64,000 nucleotides of DNA, from contig CAZOOF010000003.1 of NCBI GenBank assembly GCA_964581365.1, positions 28,042 through 92,041 on the forward strand. Direction: 5' to 3'. The stretch is from an uncultured Chromatiales bacterium (GTDB lineage: Bacteria; Pseudomonadota; Gammaproteobacteria; SZUA-140). Positions within the stretch are counted from its first letter, which is position 1. Every line of letters begins with the position of its first letter. This document shows positions 13,164 to 24,456 of the stretch, in pieces. A program made the position numbers and the translations under genes. A model generated the notes under the pieces. The model saw nothing but the letters and a program-made list of their open reading frames with translations, ran no database searches and was not told the origin of the DNA.

Positions 13164-15299
13164 TTGGCTGTTGCGTCCGGCTCCCGACGACGGGCCTCGA
13201 CAGTGCGCATCGCGCCGTCATCACCGGTGACGGCGCTCAGGGGAGTGGCTGCGCAGACAGCTGCGCGGCTGTCCCGCCTGGACGTACACACGGTGCTCGA
13301 TCTGCTGCTGCACCTGCCGAGTTCCTACCAGGATCGCAGCCGGATCGCCGCCATCGGCAGCCTGCGCGTGGGCGATGTGACCGGGGTGCGAGGCGAGGTT
13401 CTGCTGGTCCAGATGCGCCCGGGGCGGCGCGCGGTGCTTTCCGCCCGCATCAGCGACGGCACTGGTATGCTCCAGCTGCGCTTCTTCAATCCCCATGCGC
13501 GGCTGCGGGAACTGCTGGTGCGCGGTGCCCGCATTTATTGTTACGGTGAAGTCCGGGATGCGGCCGGAATGGCGGAGATGGTCCACCCGGAATGCCGCGT
13601 GGATAATGACGCTGCTCCCGAGGGCGAGGCCGCCCTGGTTCCTGTGTATCCTGCTACGGCGGGACTTCATCAGGCGACGCTGCGCACCATCGTCGCTCGT
13701 GGACTGCAGGCGCTAGAGGTCGAGGCAGCAGCCGCCGACGATGCCTTCAGCGAACTGCTCCCCGATGATCTTTTGCTTCGCCATGGGCTTCCCCCATTGC
13801 GCGAAGCGCTGCTCTGCATCCATCGACCATCGCTCGACGCCGATGTGGCGACGCTGCTCGATGGTCGCCACCCGGCCCGCCGCCGTCTGTCACTGGAGGA
13901 ACTGATCGCTCATCAGCTCAGCATGCGGAGCCTGCGCGAACGTCGCGGCGCGCAGCGCGCGCCGGTGATCGGCGCCAGCGAAGGCGGGCTGCGGGACACA
14001 TTCCTGGAGGGCTTGCCCTTCCGTCTGACCTCGGCGCAGCGCCGGGTCATCGAGGAGATCGATGGTGATCTGACGCTGCCCCATCCCATGCAGCGTCTGC
14101 TGCAGGGAGATGTCGGGTCGGGCAAGACAGCGGTCGCAGCGGCTGCGGCGCTGGCCGCGGTGGAGTCGGACTACCAGGCCGTGGTGATGGCTCCGACCGA
14201 GCTGCTGGCCGAGCAGCACTACCGCACACTGCAGCAGTGGTTCGCTCCGCTAGGCATCGAGCTGCGCTGGCTGGGCGGCGGAATGCGTGCGCGGGACCGG
14301 CAGGCGGCACTCTCCGATCTCGCCGCGGGAGCTGCTCAGGTGATCGTGGGGACGCACGCTCTGTTCCAGGAGGATGTCGTTTTCGCCAGGCTCGGCCTGG
14401 TCGTGATCGACGAGCAGCATCGCTTCGGCGTGCACCAGCGGCTGGCCTTGCGCGAGAAGGGCCGCACCGGTGAGCGGTATCCGCATCAGCTGATCATGAC
14501 AGCGACGCCCATCCCTCGCACACTGATGATGACTGCGTATGCAGATCTGGACTGCTCGGTCATCGATGAACTGCCGCCGGGCCGCCAACCGGTCACCCCC
14601 TTGGTACTGCCCGACACGAGACGCGTGTATTTGCTGGTGCGGGTGCGGGAGGCTGGCCGCCCGGGGGGGCTGGCCTACTGGGTCTGCACGCTCATCGAGG
14701 AATCCGAAGCGCTGCAGTGCCAGGCCGCAACCGAAACGGCGGCGACGCTGAAGGAGGCGCTCTCCGGACTGAGCGTCGGTCTGGTGCATGGCAGACTCAA
14801 GCCTGCCGAGAAAGAGGCGGTGATGGTAGCCTTCAAAAGAGGAGAGATCGATCTGCTCGTTGCCACCACGGTCATAGAGGTCGGGGTCGATGTGCCGAAT
14901 GCAAGCCTGATGATAGTGGAGAACGCTGAGCGGTTAGGTCTGGCGCAACTCCACCAGCTGCGGGGCAGGGTGGGGCGAGGGAGCGCAAAAAGCGCCTGTG
15001 TCTTGATGTATCATAGCCCCTTGTCCGAGCGGGGGCGCGCACGCCTCGCCGTGCTTCGCGACACTTCCGACGGGTTCGCCATCGCGGCGCGTGATCTGGA
15101 GTTGCGCGGGCCGGGTGAATTGCTCGGCGTGCGGCAGGCGGGCGAAATGCGCTTGAAGGCGGCGGACCTGCAGCGCGACGGCGATCTGGTTCCGCTGGCG
15201 GCGGAAGCCGCCGAGCGCTTGCTGCGCGAAGATCCGCGTCGCTCCGCTGCGCTGGTCCGGCGCTGGCTGGAGAATCGGCCACAGTACGGAGCGGTATAG
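13164..15299 (+). CDS. recG: ATP-dependent DNA helicase RecG (start codon uncertain)
   Basis: LQGDVGSGKT, IDEQHRFGV, MTATPIPRT, QLHQLRGRVGRG. Confidence 0.96.
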   Translation: MAVASGSRRRASTVRIAPSSPVTALRGVAAQTAARLSRLDVHTVLDLLLHLPSSYQDRSRIAAIGSLRVGDVTGVRGEVLLVQMRPGRRAVLSARISDGTGMLQLRFFNPHARLRELLVRGARIYCYGEVRDAAGMAEMVHPECRVDNDAAPEGEAALVPVYPATAGLHQATLRTIVARGLQALEVEAAAADDAFSELLPDDLLLRHGLPPLREALLCIHRPSLDADVATLLDGRHPARRRLSLEELIAHQLSMRSLRERRGAQRAPVIGASEGGLRDTFLEGLPFRLTSAQRRVIEEIDGDLTLPHPMQRLLQGDVGSGKTAVAAAAALAAVESDYQAVVMAPTELLAEQHYRTLQQWFAPLGIELRWLGGGMRARDRQAALSDLAAGAAQVIVGTHALFQEDVVFARLGLVVIDEQHRFGVHQRLALREKGRTGERYPHQLIMTATPIPRTLMMTAYADLDCSVIDELPPGRQPVTPLVLPDTRRVYLLVRVREAGRPGGLAYWVCTLIEESEALQCQAATETAATLKEALSGLSVGLVHGRLKPAEKEAVMVAFKRGEIDLLVATTVIEVGVDVPNASLMIVENAERLGLAQLHQLRGRVGRGSAKSACVLMYHSPLSERGRARLAVLRDTSDGFAIAARDLELRGPGELLGVRQAGEMRLKAADLQRDGDLVPLAAEAAERLLREDPRRSAALVRRWLENRPQYGAV

Positions 15300-15470
15300 C
15301 TGTCAGCGGGGACAAATCCTGGAAGCCGCGTTCCGGTGCAGGCGCAGTCCGCCTGTGTGCGCCACGGGTCTCGGTCTGACCCGTCGCGTCCGGCCAGGCA
15401 CCCCGTCTTCAACTGCCAGGAAGGAATGCGCCGCGCGCCGGTGCCGATTACAGGCGAACTGACGACATCG

Positions 15471-16046
15471 ATGTTGAATCAAGGCAGGGAACCACGCTGG
15501 CGGCCGATCAGGCGCGCCGGCCGCAGCTTGCCCCCCGGACTCGCCTGCTGGCTGACCGCTACTGAGTCGCTGACCCAGCGTCTGCAGCGTCTGTGCGGAG
15601 AGGATTTCGCCCTCGATCTTCTTGGCCAGTCCTGGTGCCGGCCGCTCCCCGGAGAGCGCGTCGCGCTCGGGATGCAGCGGCGTGCCTGGGCCCTGGTGCG
15701 GCAGGTATATCTGAGCTGCGGGACGCGTCCGCTGGTCTATGCACGTACCGTGATCCCGCGCACTACCTTGCGGGGAAGTCGCCGGCGCTATGCCCGGCTG
15801 GGTGAGCGGCCGCTGGGGGAGGTGCTGTTCGCTACGGCGGACGTCGAGCGCAGCCCGCTGGAGGTGGCGATGCTCATGCCTGGCGACTTTCTGCATGACG
15901 CCGCGACCAGCGGCCTTGGAGCCAGAGGCACGGGTCGCGTGCTCTGGGCCAGGCGTTCGGTGCTCAGGGTCAACGGTCATCCGCTGCTGGTCAGCGAGAT
16001 CTTCCTGCCCGCCATCGGCACCATAGGCCGGAAGACCGGTTCATGA
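15471..16046 (+). CDS. ubiC: Chorismate pyruvate-lyase
   Basis: [47 protein letters not shown]. Confidence 0.9.
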   Translation: MLNQGREPRWRPIRRAGRSLPPGLACWLTATESLTQRLQRLCGEDFALDLLGQSWCRPLPGERVALGMQRRAWALVRQVYLSCGTRPLVYARTVIPRTTLRGSRRRYARLGERPLGEVLFATADVERSPLEVAMLMPGDFLHDAATSGLGARGTGRVLWARRSVLRVNGHPLLVSEIFLPAIGTIGRKTGS

Positions 16047-16924
16047 GGATCGATGGCATGAGACTGCGTGAGCGCGCCGGCGTCTATGCCCGGTTGATGC
16101 GTCTCGATCGGCCGATCGGCGCCTGGCTGCTGCTGTGGCCGGCGCTATGGGCTCTGTGGCTGGCGGGGGAGGGGAGTCCGGATCCTTGGAACGTGGTGGT
16201 CTTCGTCGGTGGCGTGATCCTGATGCGCTCGGCGGGATGCGTCATCAATGACTATGCCGATCGCGGGATCGACGGTCATGTGCATCGGACCCGGTATCGG
16301 CCTTTCGCGCAGGGCGAGGTTTCCACCCGCGAGGCTCTCGGGTTGTTCCTGATTCTTTGCCTTCTGGCCTTTGGTCTGGTGCTCACCCTGGACTGGTTCA
16401 CCATTGCGCTGTCGCTGGTTGCGCTGTTCCTCGCCGCAACCTATCCCTTCATGAAGCGCTATACCCACCTGCCGCAGGTATATCTGGGCATGGCCTTCGG
16501 CTGGGCGGTGCCCATGGCTTTCGCCGCCGAGACCGGCGCCGTTGCGCAGGGTGGATGGCTGCTATACGTCGCTGCGGTGTTGTGGACCACGATTTACGAC
16601 ACCATGTACGCCATGGTGGATCGCGAGGATGATCTGCGCATAGGCGTCAAATCGACCGCCATCCTGTTCGGAGACGGCGATCGTGTGATCATTGGCGTAC
16701 TGCAGGTGCTCCTGTTCATCGTTCTGCTGGTGGTCGGCAGCCGCTTCGAGCTCGACTGGGGTTACTATCATGCCGGCCTCATCGTCGCCGCCATCCTGGC
16801 GCTGTGGCAGCAGTATCTGATTCGAAACCGTGATCCGGATGCGTGTTTTCGCGCGTTTCTCAACAACAACTGGTTCGGGATGGCGATCTTCATCGGTTTG
16901 CTGCTGCATTACCTGGACTCATGA
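16043..16924 (+). CDS. ubiA: 4-hydroxybenzoate polyprenyltransferase
   Basis: [36 protein letters not shown]. Confidence 0.97.
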   Translation: MRIDGMRLRERAGVYARLMRLDRPIGAWLLLWPALWALWLAGEGSPDPWNVVVFVGGVILMRSAGCVINDYADRGIDGHVHRTRYRPFAQGEVSTREALGLFLILCLLAFGLVLTLDWFTIALSLVALFLAATYPFMKRYTHLPQVYLGMAFGWAVPMAFAAETGAVAQGGWLLYVAAVLWTTIYDTMYAMVDREDDLRIGVKSTAILFGDGDRVIIGVLQVLLFIVLLVVGSRFELDWGYYHAGLIVAAILALWQQYLIRNRDPDACFRAFLNNNWFGMAIFIGLLLHYLDS

Positions 16925-17053
16925 CAGCGATCCGGGCAGCGTTGCCATGCCCGGGGTAATGGGTTCAAATATGCGCAGGCTCGCGGCCGCGCCAGCGGTC
17001 GCCGGGCGGATGCCCGTTTTATCGGCGGGTATGTTCCAGCGGGCGGAGAATCG

Positions 17054-18067
17054 ATGACATCCAGCGTACCCACAGACTCGGTTGCGGCCGGGGCTTCCGA
17101 GGCTGAGCGTTTCAAGCGGCTTGGCCAGGCGGTCATTGATACCGAGGCTGCCGCCGTGCTGGCTTTGCGTGAACGTATCGGTGATGCCTTCGTTGCCGCA
17201 TGCCGGCACATGCTCGCCTGCAGTGGTCGTATCGTCGTGCTCGGTATGGGCAAGTCGGGGCATATCGGCGGCAAGATTGCCGCCACCCTCGCCAGCACCG
17301 GCAGTCCCGCCTTCTTCGTCCATCCCGGGGAAGCGAGTCATGGAGACCTGGGCATGATCACGCCGGGCGATGTCGTGCTGGCCATTTCCAATTCTGGCGA
17401 AACCGAGGAGTTGCTGACCATCCTGCCGATAATCAGGCGGCTCGGTGTGCCACTCATCACGCTTACCGGCAAGCCGGCATCCACGCTGGCGCGCGCTGCC
17501 GATGTCAACATCGATGTCAGCGTTTCCCAGGAGGCCTGTCCACTGGGACTCGCGCCAACCTCGAGTACGACTGCCACGCTGGTGATGGGCGATGCGCTGG
17601 CGGTGTCGCTGCTCGAAGCAAGAGGATTCACTGCCGACGATTTCGCCCGTTCCCATCCGGGCGGACGTCTGGGGCGCCGGCTGCTGCTGCTGATTCGTGA
17701 CATCATGCATACTGGAGATGCGGTGCCGCGGGTGACGGCTGACATCGTGCTCAGTGAGGCGCTGGTCGAAATGACGCGCAAGGGGCTGGGTATGACAGCG
17801 GTGGTGGATGCGGACGGGCGCCTGTGCGGTATTTTCACCGACGGTGATCTGCGACGCATCCTCGATCGCCGCATCGATGTCCATGCCACCACGGTCGGTA
17901 CCGTGATGACCGCCAGCCCGCGCAGCGTCGAGCCCGACATGCTGGCCGTCGAAGCGCTCGAGTTGCTGGAGCAGCATAGAATCAGCCAGCTTCCGGTTGT
18001 CGATGGTGACGGTCGCCTGGTCGGCGCCTTCAATATGCATGACCTGCTGCGGGCAGGTGTGGTCTAG
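17054..18067 (+). CDS. kdsD: Arabinose-5-phosphate isomerase (SIS plus CBS domains)
   Basis: GMGKSGHIG, HPGEASHGDLG, CPLGLAPTSST, HPGG. Confidence 0.96.
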   Translation: MTSSVPTDSVAAGASEAERFKRLGQAVIDTEAAAVLALRERIGDAFVAACRHMLACSGRIVVLGMGKSGHIGGKIAATLASTGSPAFFVHPGEASHGDLGMITPGDVVLAISNSGETEELLTILPIIRRLGVPLITLTGKPASTLARAADVNIDVSVSQEACPLGLAPTSSTTATLVMGDALAVSLLEARGFTADDFARSHPGGRLGRRLLLLIRDIMHTGDAVPRVTADIVLSEALVEMTRKGLGMTAVVDADGRLCGIFTDGDLRRILDRRIDVHATTVGTVMTASPRSVEPDMLAVEALELLEQHRISQLPVVDGDGRLVGAFNMHDLLRAGVV

Positions 18068-18076
18068 GAGCAATCT

Positions 18077-18610
18077 GTGCAGGATTTCATCGAGAAGGCG
18101 CGGCAGATCCGGCTGGTGGTATTCGATGTCGATGGCGTGCTCACCGACGGCGGGCTGTTCATCGACTGCGATGGCCGCGAGCACAAGGTGTTCAATTCCC
18201 GCGATGGCCATGGCATGAGGATGCTGCAGGAAAGCGGGGTCATCATCGGGGTCATCACTGGCCGCAGTTCCGAGTCGGTGGCCCACCGCATGGCGGGGCT
18301 CGGCATCAGTCATGTCTTCCAGGGACAGAGCGACAAGCTGCCCGCATTCCGGCAGCTGCTCGACACGGTCGGCATATCCGCAGAGCACGTGGCATGTGTG
18401 GGCGACGATGTGGTGGACCTGCCGATGATGCGGCGCGCCGGTCTGGCCATCGCCGTCAACGATGCCCATGAGCTGGTCAAGGAGCATGCGCACTGGATCA
18501 CGGCCAATCGCGGTGGTCACGGCGCAGCCCGGGATGTGTGCGAGCTGATCATGAAGGCGCAAGGGACCTTGCCGGCGCTCTGGGAGCGTTATTTGTCGCT
18601 CGACGGCTGA
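18077..18610 (+). CDS. kdsC: KDO-8-phosphate phosphatase
   Basis: FDVDGVLTDG, RDGHG, VGDDVVDLP, GGHGAARD. Confidence 0.96.
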   Translation: MQDFIEKARQIRLVVFDVDGVLTDGGLFIDCDGREHKVFNSRDGHGMRMLQESGVIIGVITGRSSESVAHRMAGLGISHVFQGQSDKLPAFRQLLDTVGISAEHVACVGDDVVDLPMMRRAGLAIAVNDAHELVKEHAHWITANRGGHGAARDVCELIMKAQGTLPALWERYLSLDG

Positions 18611-18616
18611 GCAGGC

Positions 18617-19165
18617 ATGGAGCGAGCGCTGCTCATCGTACTGCTGGTGATGGCGGTGGCCAGCGCCTGGTGGTGGTCTCGCGATATCGATGAGCCCGAT
18701 GCGAGGTTCACCTCGGGCGAAGTGCCCGACTACAGCATGGCCGATTTCCAGCTCACCGAACTGAATCCGGCCGGACGCCCCAGCCACACCCTGGCTGCTG
18801 AAACCCTGTATCATTACCCGGAGCGTGCGGAATCGATACTCGCGGCGCCGGTACTTCATTTCTTTGAGGCAGATCGCCCGGCCTGGGAGATTTCCGCGCG
18901 GCATGGAACGGTGTCCGACATCGAGCGCTCGGTACGGCTCGAGGGTGAGGTGCACGTCCGCTACTCAGCCGCGGATCCCGGCCGTGATTTCGAAATCAGA
19001 ACCGAAGAGCTTTACGTTTGGCCCGATGATCGTCGGGCGGAGACGGAGGCGGCAGTGCGCATCATCCAGCAGTCTGGGATCACCGATTCGATAGGTATGC
19101 AGGCCGATCTGGAACAGCGCTGGATGCGTTTGCTCTCCCGTGTGCGAGGCCATTATGACCCTTAG
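18617..19165 (+). CDS. lptC: LPS export protein LptC
   Basis: N-terminal TM, PDYSM, beta-jellyroll pattern; position in kdsD-kdsC-lptCAB operon. Confidence 0.88.
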   Translation: MERALLIVLLVMAVASAWWWSRDIDEPDARFTSGEVPDYSMADFQLTELNPAGRPSHTLAAETLYHYPERAESILAAPVLHFFEADRPAWEISARHGTVSDIERSVRLEGEVHVRYSAADPGRDFEIRTEELYVWPDDRRAETEAAVRIIQQSGITDSIGMQADLEQRWMRLLSRVRGHYDP

Positions 19166-19691
19166 CCTGATGGCAAGAACCTGTGCGTTGCTGCTGCTGG
19201 CGGGTGCCGCGGCGCATGCGCTTGCCCTGCCGACCGATCGCGATCAACCGATAGAAATCGAAGCGGATAGCGCCGAGCGTGATGACGCCAGAGGCGTCAG
19301 CGTTTACCAGGGCAATGTCGTCTATACCCAGGGGACCATCCGTCTCGAAGCGGACGAAGTGCGGATATTCGAGGATGGAACCCGGCGTGTGGTTCGAGTG
19401 GAGGCCGAAGGATCGCCGGTGCGCTTCAAGCAGCGTATCGAGGGGCATGATGAGGACATGCGGGCGCAGGCCCGGCGCATGGATTACTTCGTTGAGCCGG
19501 AGCGGCTCGTGCTGCAGATCGACGCGCATGTCTGGCGCCTTGATACCGAGCTCTCCGCTGAAGTGATCAATTATGATCCGGTGCGCGACGTGGTGAATGC
19601 CGAGCGCGGAGCGGCTGACAGCGGCCGCGTCCGCATCATCATCCAGCCGCGCGAAGGCGACGACACGCCGGCTGCAGCTTCGGGCGACTGA
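19155..19691 (+). CDS. lptA: LPS transport periplasmic protein LptA
   Basis: Signal peptide, ALPTDRDQPIEIEAD, YQGNVVYTQG, RVRIIIQP. Confidence 0.92.
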   Translation: MTLSLMARTCALLLLAGAAAHALALPTDRDQPIEIEADSAERDDARGVSVYQGNVVYTQGTIRLEADEVRIFEDGTRRVVRVEAEGSPVRFKQRIEGHDEDMRAQARRMDYFVEPERLVLQIDAHVWRLDTELSAEVINYDPVRDVVNAERGAADSGRVRIIIQPREGDDTPAAASGD

Positions 19692-19697
19692 GCATAC

Positions 19698-20423
19698 ATG
19701 GCCCTGCTCGACGTCGAACAGATCTCCAAGCGTTATCGCCGTCGCGATGTCGTGCGCGGCGTGTCGATGCATGTTGCCGGCGGCGAAGTCGTCGGTCTGC
19801 TCGGTCCCAATGGCGCCGGCAAGACGACGTGCTTCTATATGATCGTCGGTCTGGTGCCATGCGGCGGAGGAACGATCCGTCTGGACGGGCGTGATGTCAC
19901 TTCGATGCCAATGCACGCGCGGGCGCGGCTCGGTATCGGCTACCTGCCGCAGGAAGCATCAGTGTTCCGCAAGTTGTCGGTGGCCGATAACCTCAGGGCG
20001 GTACTGCAGACCCGCCGTGATCTCGATCGGGCGGCTCAGGAGCGCCGGGTCGATGAGCTGCTCGAGGAGTTTCACATCGAACACCTGCGTGATTCCGCCG
20101 GGATGAGTCTTTCCGGCGGAGAGAGGCGTCGGGTCGAAATAGCGCGCACACTCGCCATGCAGCCTCAATTCGTGCTTCTCGACGAGCCCTTCGCCGGCGT
20201 GGATCCCATGTCGGTCCTCGATATTCAGAGGATAATCAAGTATCTTCGTGAAAAGGGTATAGGCATCCTGATTACGGATCACAACGTAAGGGAAACGCTG
20301 GGTATCTGTGAGCGGGCCTATATCATGAGTGACGGTGCGATCCTGGCTGAGGGACGGCCGGAGGAGCTGCTGGCGAACGAGCGTGTCCGGGAGGTCTATC
20401 TCGGCAGCAGTTTCCACCTGTGA
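19698..20423 (+). CDS. lptB: LPS export ABC ATPase LptB
   Basis: [32 protein letters not shown]. Confidence 0.97.
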   Translation: MALLDVEQISKRYRRRDVVRGVSMHVAGGEVVGLLGPNGAGKTTCFYMIVGLVPCGGGTIRLDGRDVTSMPMHARARLGIGYLPQEASVFRKLSVADNLRAVLQTRRDLDRAAQERRVDELLEEFHIEHLRDSAGMSLSGGERRRVEIARTLAMQPQFVLLDEPFAGVDPMSVLDIQRIIKYLREKGIGILITDHNVRETLGICERAYIMSDGAILAEGRPEELLANERVREVYLGSSFHL

Positions 20424-20498
20424 CGCGCCGGCCCGCCCAAGCGGCGGCGGGACTTATGCATTAGAATTGGAGTCGATGGCGCTGGTTGTCGGCGCCCT

Positions 20499-22052
20499 AT
20501 GGTACTCATGAAGCAAACCCTGCAAATTCGCCTGGGCCAGCATCTGGCCATGACCCCGCAACTGCAACAGGCGATTCGCCTGCTGCAGCTGTCCGCGCTC
20601 GATCTGAGTGAGGAGATCCAGCAGGCGCTCGAATCCAATCCCATGCTCGAGCTGGCGGACGAGGGAGCGGATGGCGGTGGCGATGACTTCGGTACGGATG
20701 GGGCTGATGGAACGCCCGAGTCCGAGGCTGCCGACGCCCAGGGCGAAGGCGGCAGAGCGGACGACATGGCCGGTTCCTATGAGGAGGGGCTGGAGGCGGC
20801 CGCTATCTCGGGCGAGGCTATCGAAGGTCCCGAACTCACCGATATCAGTGATGACCTGCCGGTCGACAGTGTGTGGGAGGATATTTACGACAGCGCCGTA
20901 TCCTCGCGAGCGGCGGCCACCGACGCTGATGGCCGCGAATATGAAAGCCAGGACTCCGCGGCGCAGACTCTGCACGATCATCTGATCTGGCAGATGCATA
21001 TGACCAATTTCAGCGACCGTGACCGTGAGATCGCGCTCGCCATCATCGATGGAATCGACGATCGCGGCTATCTCACCGTGGATCTGGAGGACATTCGCGA
21101 GGGGTTCGGTACGCAGTTCGACGACCTGGATATCGCCGAGATCGAGGCGGTGCTGCGCCAGGTGCAGAACTTCGATCCGGTTGGCGTCGGCGCCCGTGAT
21201 TTGCGTGAGTGCATTCTCATCCAGTTGAATTGCATGCCCGAGGGCACTCCCTGGCTGGAGCAGGCCAGGCAACTGGTGGGTGAGTATCTGCAGTTGTTCG
21301 CCGACCGAGAATACAGTCAGATCATGCGGCGGATGAAGTGTACGCAGGAAGATCTGCAGCAGATGCTGCTGCTGGTCCAGTCTGTGAACCCGCATCCGGG
21401 TTTGCAGATTGCCGATCAGAACACTGAGTATGTGGTTCCCGATGTCATCGTTACCCGCGACAAGAGCTCCTGGCGCGTAGAGCTCAATCCCGAGGCTGTG
21501 CCCAGGGTCAGGATCAACGCCGGTTATGCCGGCCTGGTGCGTAGGGCCGATAGCAGCAACGACAACACCTATATGCGTAATCAGCTCCAGGAAGCGCGCT
21601 GGTTCGTGAAGAGCCTGCAAAGCCGCAATGAAACGCTGCTCAAGGTCGCCACCTGTATCGTGGAGCGTCAGCGCGGGTTCCTGGAGCACGGTGAGGAGGC
21701 GATGAAGGCGCTGGTTCTGCATGACATCGCCACAGCTGTCGGCATGCACGAGTCGACCATCTCCCGTGTGACGACGCAAAAGTATATGCATACGCCGCGC
21801 GGCATCTATGAGCTGAAGTATTTCTTTTCCAGCCACGTCAGTACCGACAGTGGCGGGGAGTGCTCCGCGACCGCGATCCGCGCGCTGATTAGAAAGATGG
21901 TGGCTGCCGAAGATCGCAGCAAACCCCTCAGCGACAGCAGGATCGCCGAGCTGCTGAAGGAGCGCGGAATCAACGTTGCGCGGCGGACGATTGCGAAGTA
22001 TCGTGAGGCGCTTTCCATACCTTCCTCCAGCGAGCGCAAGCGCCTGGTGTGA
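20499..22052 (+). CDS. rpoN: RNA polymerase sigma-54 factor
   Basis: [23 protein letters not shown], RpoN box [10 protein letters not shown]. Confidence 0.98.
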   Translation: MVLMKQTLQIRLGQHLAMTPQLQQAIRLLQLSALDLSEEIQQALESNPMLELADEGADGGGDDFGTDGADGTPESEAADAQGEGGRADDMAGSYEEGLEAAAISGEAIEGPELTDISDDLPVDSVWEDIYDSAVSSRAAATDADGREYESQDSAAQTLHDHLIWQMHMTNFSDRDREIALAIIDGIDDRGYLTVDLEDIREGFGTQFDDLDIAEIEAVLRQVQNFDPVGVGARDLRECILIQLNCMPEGTPWLEQARQLVGEYLQLFADREYSQIMRRMKCTQEDLQQMLLLVQSVNPHPGLQIADQNTEYVVPDVIVTRDKSSWRVELNPEAVPRVRINAGYAGLVRRADSSNDNTYMRNQLQEARWFVKSLQSRNETLLKVATCIVERQRGFLEHGEEAMKALVLHDIATAVGMHESTISRVTTQKYMHTPRGIYELKYFFSSHVSTDSGGECSATAIRALIRKMVAAEDRSKPLSDSRIAELLKERGINVARRTIAKYREALSIPSSSERKRLV

Positions 22053-22146
22053 AGAATGAAGCACGGGTGGATGCGCGGGGCGGCCGCTGTCGATGGCCGA
22101 TTCGCATCCGATACCGGCCAGAACTGGACGGAATGTCGATCAGGAC

Positions 22147-22617
22147 ATGAATCAACTGGTAGACCTGCTGGCTCCGGAGCGGGTGTTGTATCGCCCATCC
22201 GTTGGCAGCAAGAAGCGGGCGCTGGAAATCCTCAGCGAACTCATGGCAACCGAGTCCGGGCCGGTAAGCGCAAACGAGGCGCTGACCAGCCTCATCGAGC
22301 GTGAGCGTCTCGGCAGTACCGGACTAGGACACGGCGCCGCCATACCTCACGGGCGACTGAGCGGGCTCGATCACGCCATTTGCGCGTTCCTGAGGCTCGG
22401 GGAAGGTGTGGACTTCGATGCGGTGGACGAACAGCCGGTCGATATGATTTGCGGGCTGCTGGTGCCGGCGCAATCGACCAGCGAGCACCTCAACATTCTG
22501 GCACTGCTGGCGGAGATGTTCAGCGATGCACAGTTGCGTCAGCGTATCAAGGATGCGCGGACCGACGGCGAGATCTACGATCTGCTGGTTGGCTGGCAGC
22601 GCGGCGGTGGAGACTAG
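22147..22617 (+). CDS. ptsN: PTS EIIA(Ntr)
   Basis: SKKRALE, RERLGSTGLGHGAAIPHGR. Confidence 0.93.
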   Translation: MNQLVDLLAPERVLYRPSVGSKKRALEILSELMATESGPVSANEALTSLIERERLGSTGLGHGAAIPHGRLSGLDHAICAFLRLGEGVDFDAVDEQPVDMICGLLVPAQSTSEHLNILALLAEMFSDAQLRQRIKDARTDGEIYDLLVGWQRGGGD

Positions 22618-22630
22618 GTCGACAGCACCA

Positions 22631-23596
22631 ATGCGAAACGGCATCACACCCACGGCAGTCTTCGAGGAGCATCAGCAGCGACTCGGGCTGGACTGGGTGG
22701 CTGGCAGCGCGGGCGGAGCGCGGGAAATCCCCGCCGGGCCCGCCGACGATGTGATATCACGCGGCTATCCCCTGGTCGGCTGGATCGGCTACCTGAACCT
22801 GGTCAGTCCTCATCGGATTCAGGTCCTCGGTGCGCGTGAACTGGAATATCTCGCATCGCTCGACGACAGGGAGCGTGCCCGCGTGCTGGCGCGTCTGCTC
22901 GAGACCCGGCCGGGGTTCATCGTGGTTTCGGACGGTCTGCCGGCTCCCCAGGATCTGGCCGCAATGGCCGATGCCGCGGCCATTCCATTGTTCCGGTCTT
23001 CCGTTCCCGGCTACGAGCTCATCTCGCAGTTGCGCCATCATCTCGCCGATGCGCTGGCCGAGCGGATCACCATTCACGGGGTATTCCTTGCTGTGATGGG
23101 CATAGGCGTGCTGCTGACGGGTGAGAGCGGAATCGGAAAGAGCGAGGTCGCGCTCGAGCTCATAAGCCGCGGCCATCGTCTGATCGCCGATGATTCGCCC
23201 GAGTTCCGTCGCGTGGCGCCTGATGTGATCACCGGCTATTGCGGGTTGGCTGAGCTGTCCGGCTTTCTCGAGGTGCGGGGGCTGGGGGTGCTGGACATCC
23301 GCGCGATGTTCGGCGATACCGCAATCAAGCCCGACAAGGCGCTGCGCCTGATAGTGGAGCTGAAACGGTTGAGCGGCCAGGAGCTGAATGCGCTCGATCG
23401 CCTCGAGGGCAGCCGTCAGGAGCGAAGCATTCTCGGAGTTTCGATCCCCCAGATCACCATTCCGGTCATTCCCGGCCGCAATCTCGCCGTGCTGGTGGAG
23501 GCGGCCATCAGCAACCAGATGCTGCTGATGAAGGGTTACGACGCTGCCCGTTCGTTTATCGAGCGGCATCAGCGCATCATCCTGGGCAACGCATGA
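22631..23596 (+). CDS. hprK: HPr kinase/phosphorylase
   Basis: GESGIGKSEVALELISRGHRLIADD, LEVRGLGVLDI, PGRNLAVLVE. Confidence 0.95.
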   Translation: MRNGITPTAVFEEHQQRLGLDWVAGSAGGAREIPAGPADDVISRGYPLVGWIGYLNLVSPHRIQVLGARELEYLASLDDRERARVLARLLETRPGFIVVSDGLPAPQDLAAMADAAAIPLFRSSVPGYELISQLRHHLADALAERITIHGVFLAVMGIGVLLTGESGIGKSEVALELISRGHRLIADDSPEFRRVAPDVITGYCGLAELSGFLEVRGLGVLDIRAMFGDTAIKPDKALRLIVELKRLSGQELNALDRLEGSRQERSILGVSIPQITIPVIPGRNLAVLVEAAISNQMLLMKGYDAARSFIERHQRIILGNA

Positions 23597-24456
23597 TGAA
23601 GATGCTCATCATCAGTGGGCTGTCGGGCTCGGGCAAGAGCGTGGCGCTGCAGGCCCTGGAAGATCTCAACTACTACTGCATAGACAATCTTCCGCTCGGT
23701 CTGCTAGCTTCATTCGTCGAGCAGGTCATCGACCCCCAGGCGGCACGCCGCATCGACCGGGTCGCGGTCGGCATCGACGCCCGTAATCTGCTGCAGGACC
23801 TCGGCCGTTTCGGCGACATTCTGCGCGAGATCCGCGAGCGCGGCGTGAATTGCGACGTCATCTTCCTCACCGCCACTGACGAGGTGCTCATCAAGCGGTT
23901 CAGTGAGACCCGGCGCAAGCACCCGCTCACTCGCCCCAACGTTTCTCTGACCGAGGCGATCGCCGAGGAGCGGGAGCTGCTGGCGGCGATCTCCGCCAGC
24001 GCCGATCTCCAGATCGATACCAGCTCGTTCAATGTGCACCAGTTGCGATCGCTGATCGGGGAGCGCGTTGCCGAGCGGCGCGGGTCCAGCCTGTCGATCC
24101 TCTTCGAATCCTTCGGATTCAAGTATGGCATTCCGACCGATGCCGACTATGTCTTCGACGTGCGGTGTCTGCCCAATCCGCATTGGGATCCGCAGCTGCG
24201 GCTTTACCGCGGCACCGATCAGGCGGTCATCGATTTTCTCGATCAGCAGCCGGATGCGGTGCGGATGTACGAAGACATTCGTGATTTTCTGGAGCGCTGG
24301 ATTCCCAGCTTCGAGGCGGAGAATCGGAATTACATGTGCATTGCCATCGGTTGCACCGGCGGCCAGCATCGTTCGGTCTATCTGGCGGAAGCGCTGGCGA
24401 GACATTTTCGCGCATCCCGCGAGAGCGTGATGGTACGCCACCGGGAGCTGCGATGA
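23593..24456 (+). CDS. rapZ: RNase adapter RapZ
   Basis: GLSGSGKS, RFSETRRKHPL, SFGFKYG, GCTGGQHRSV. Confidence 0.96.
   Translation: MMKMLIISGLSGSGKSVALQALEDLNYYCIDNLPLGLLASFVEQVIDPQAARRIDRVAVGIDARNLLQDLGRFGDILREIRERGVNCDVIFLTATDEVLIKRFSETRRKHPLTRPNVSLTEAIAEERELLAAISASADLQIDTSSFNVHQLRSLIGERVAERRGSSLSILFESFGFKYGIPTDADYVFDVRCLPNPHWDPQLRLYRGTDQAVIDFLDQQPDAVRMYEDIRDFLERWIPSFEAENRNYMCIAIGCTGGQHRSVYLAEALARHFRASRESVMVRHRELR

Noticed and set aside
10164-22064. Long antisense ORFs (10164-11804, 16919-18955, 20454-22064)
   Set aside because: Shadow frames opposite spoT, kdsD/kdsC and rpoN, expected from high-GC codon bias; no recognisable motifs.
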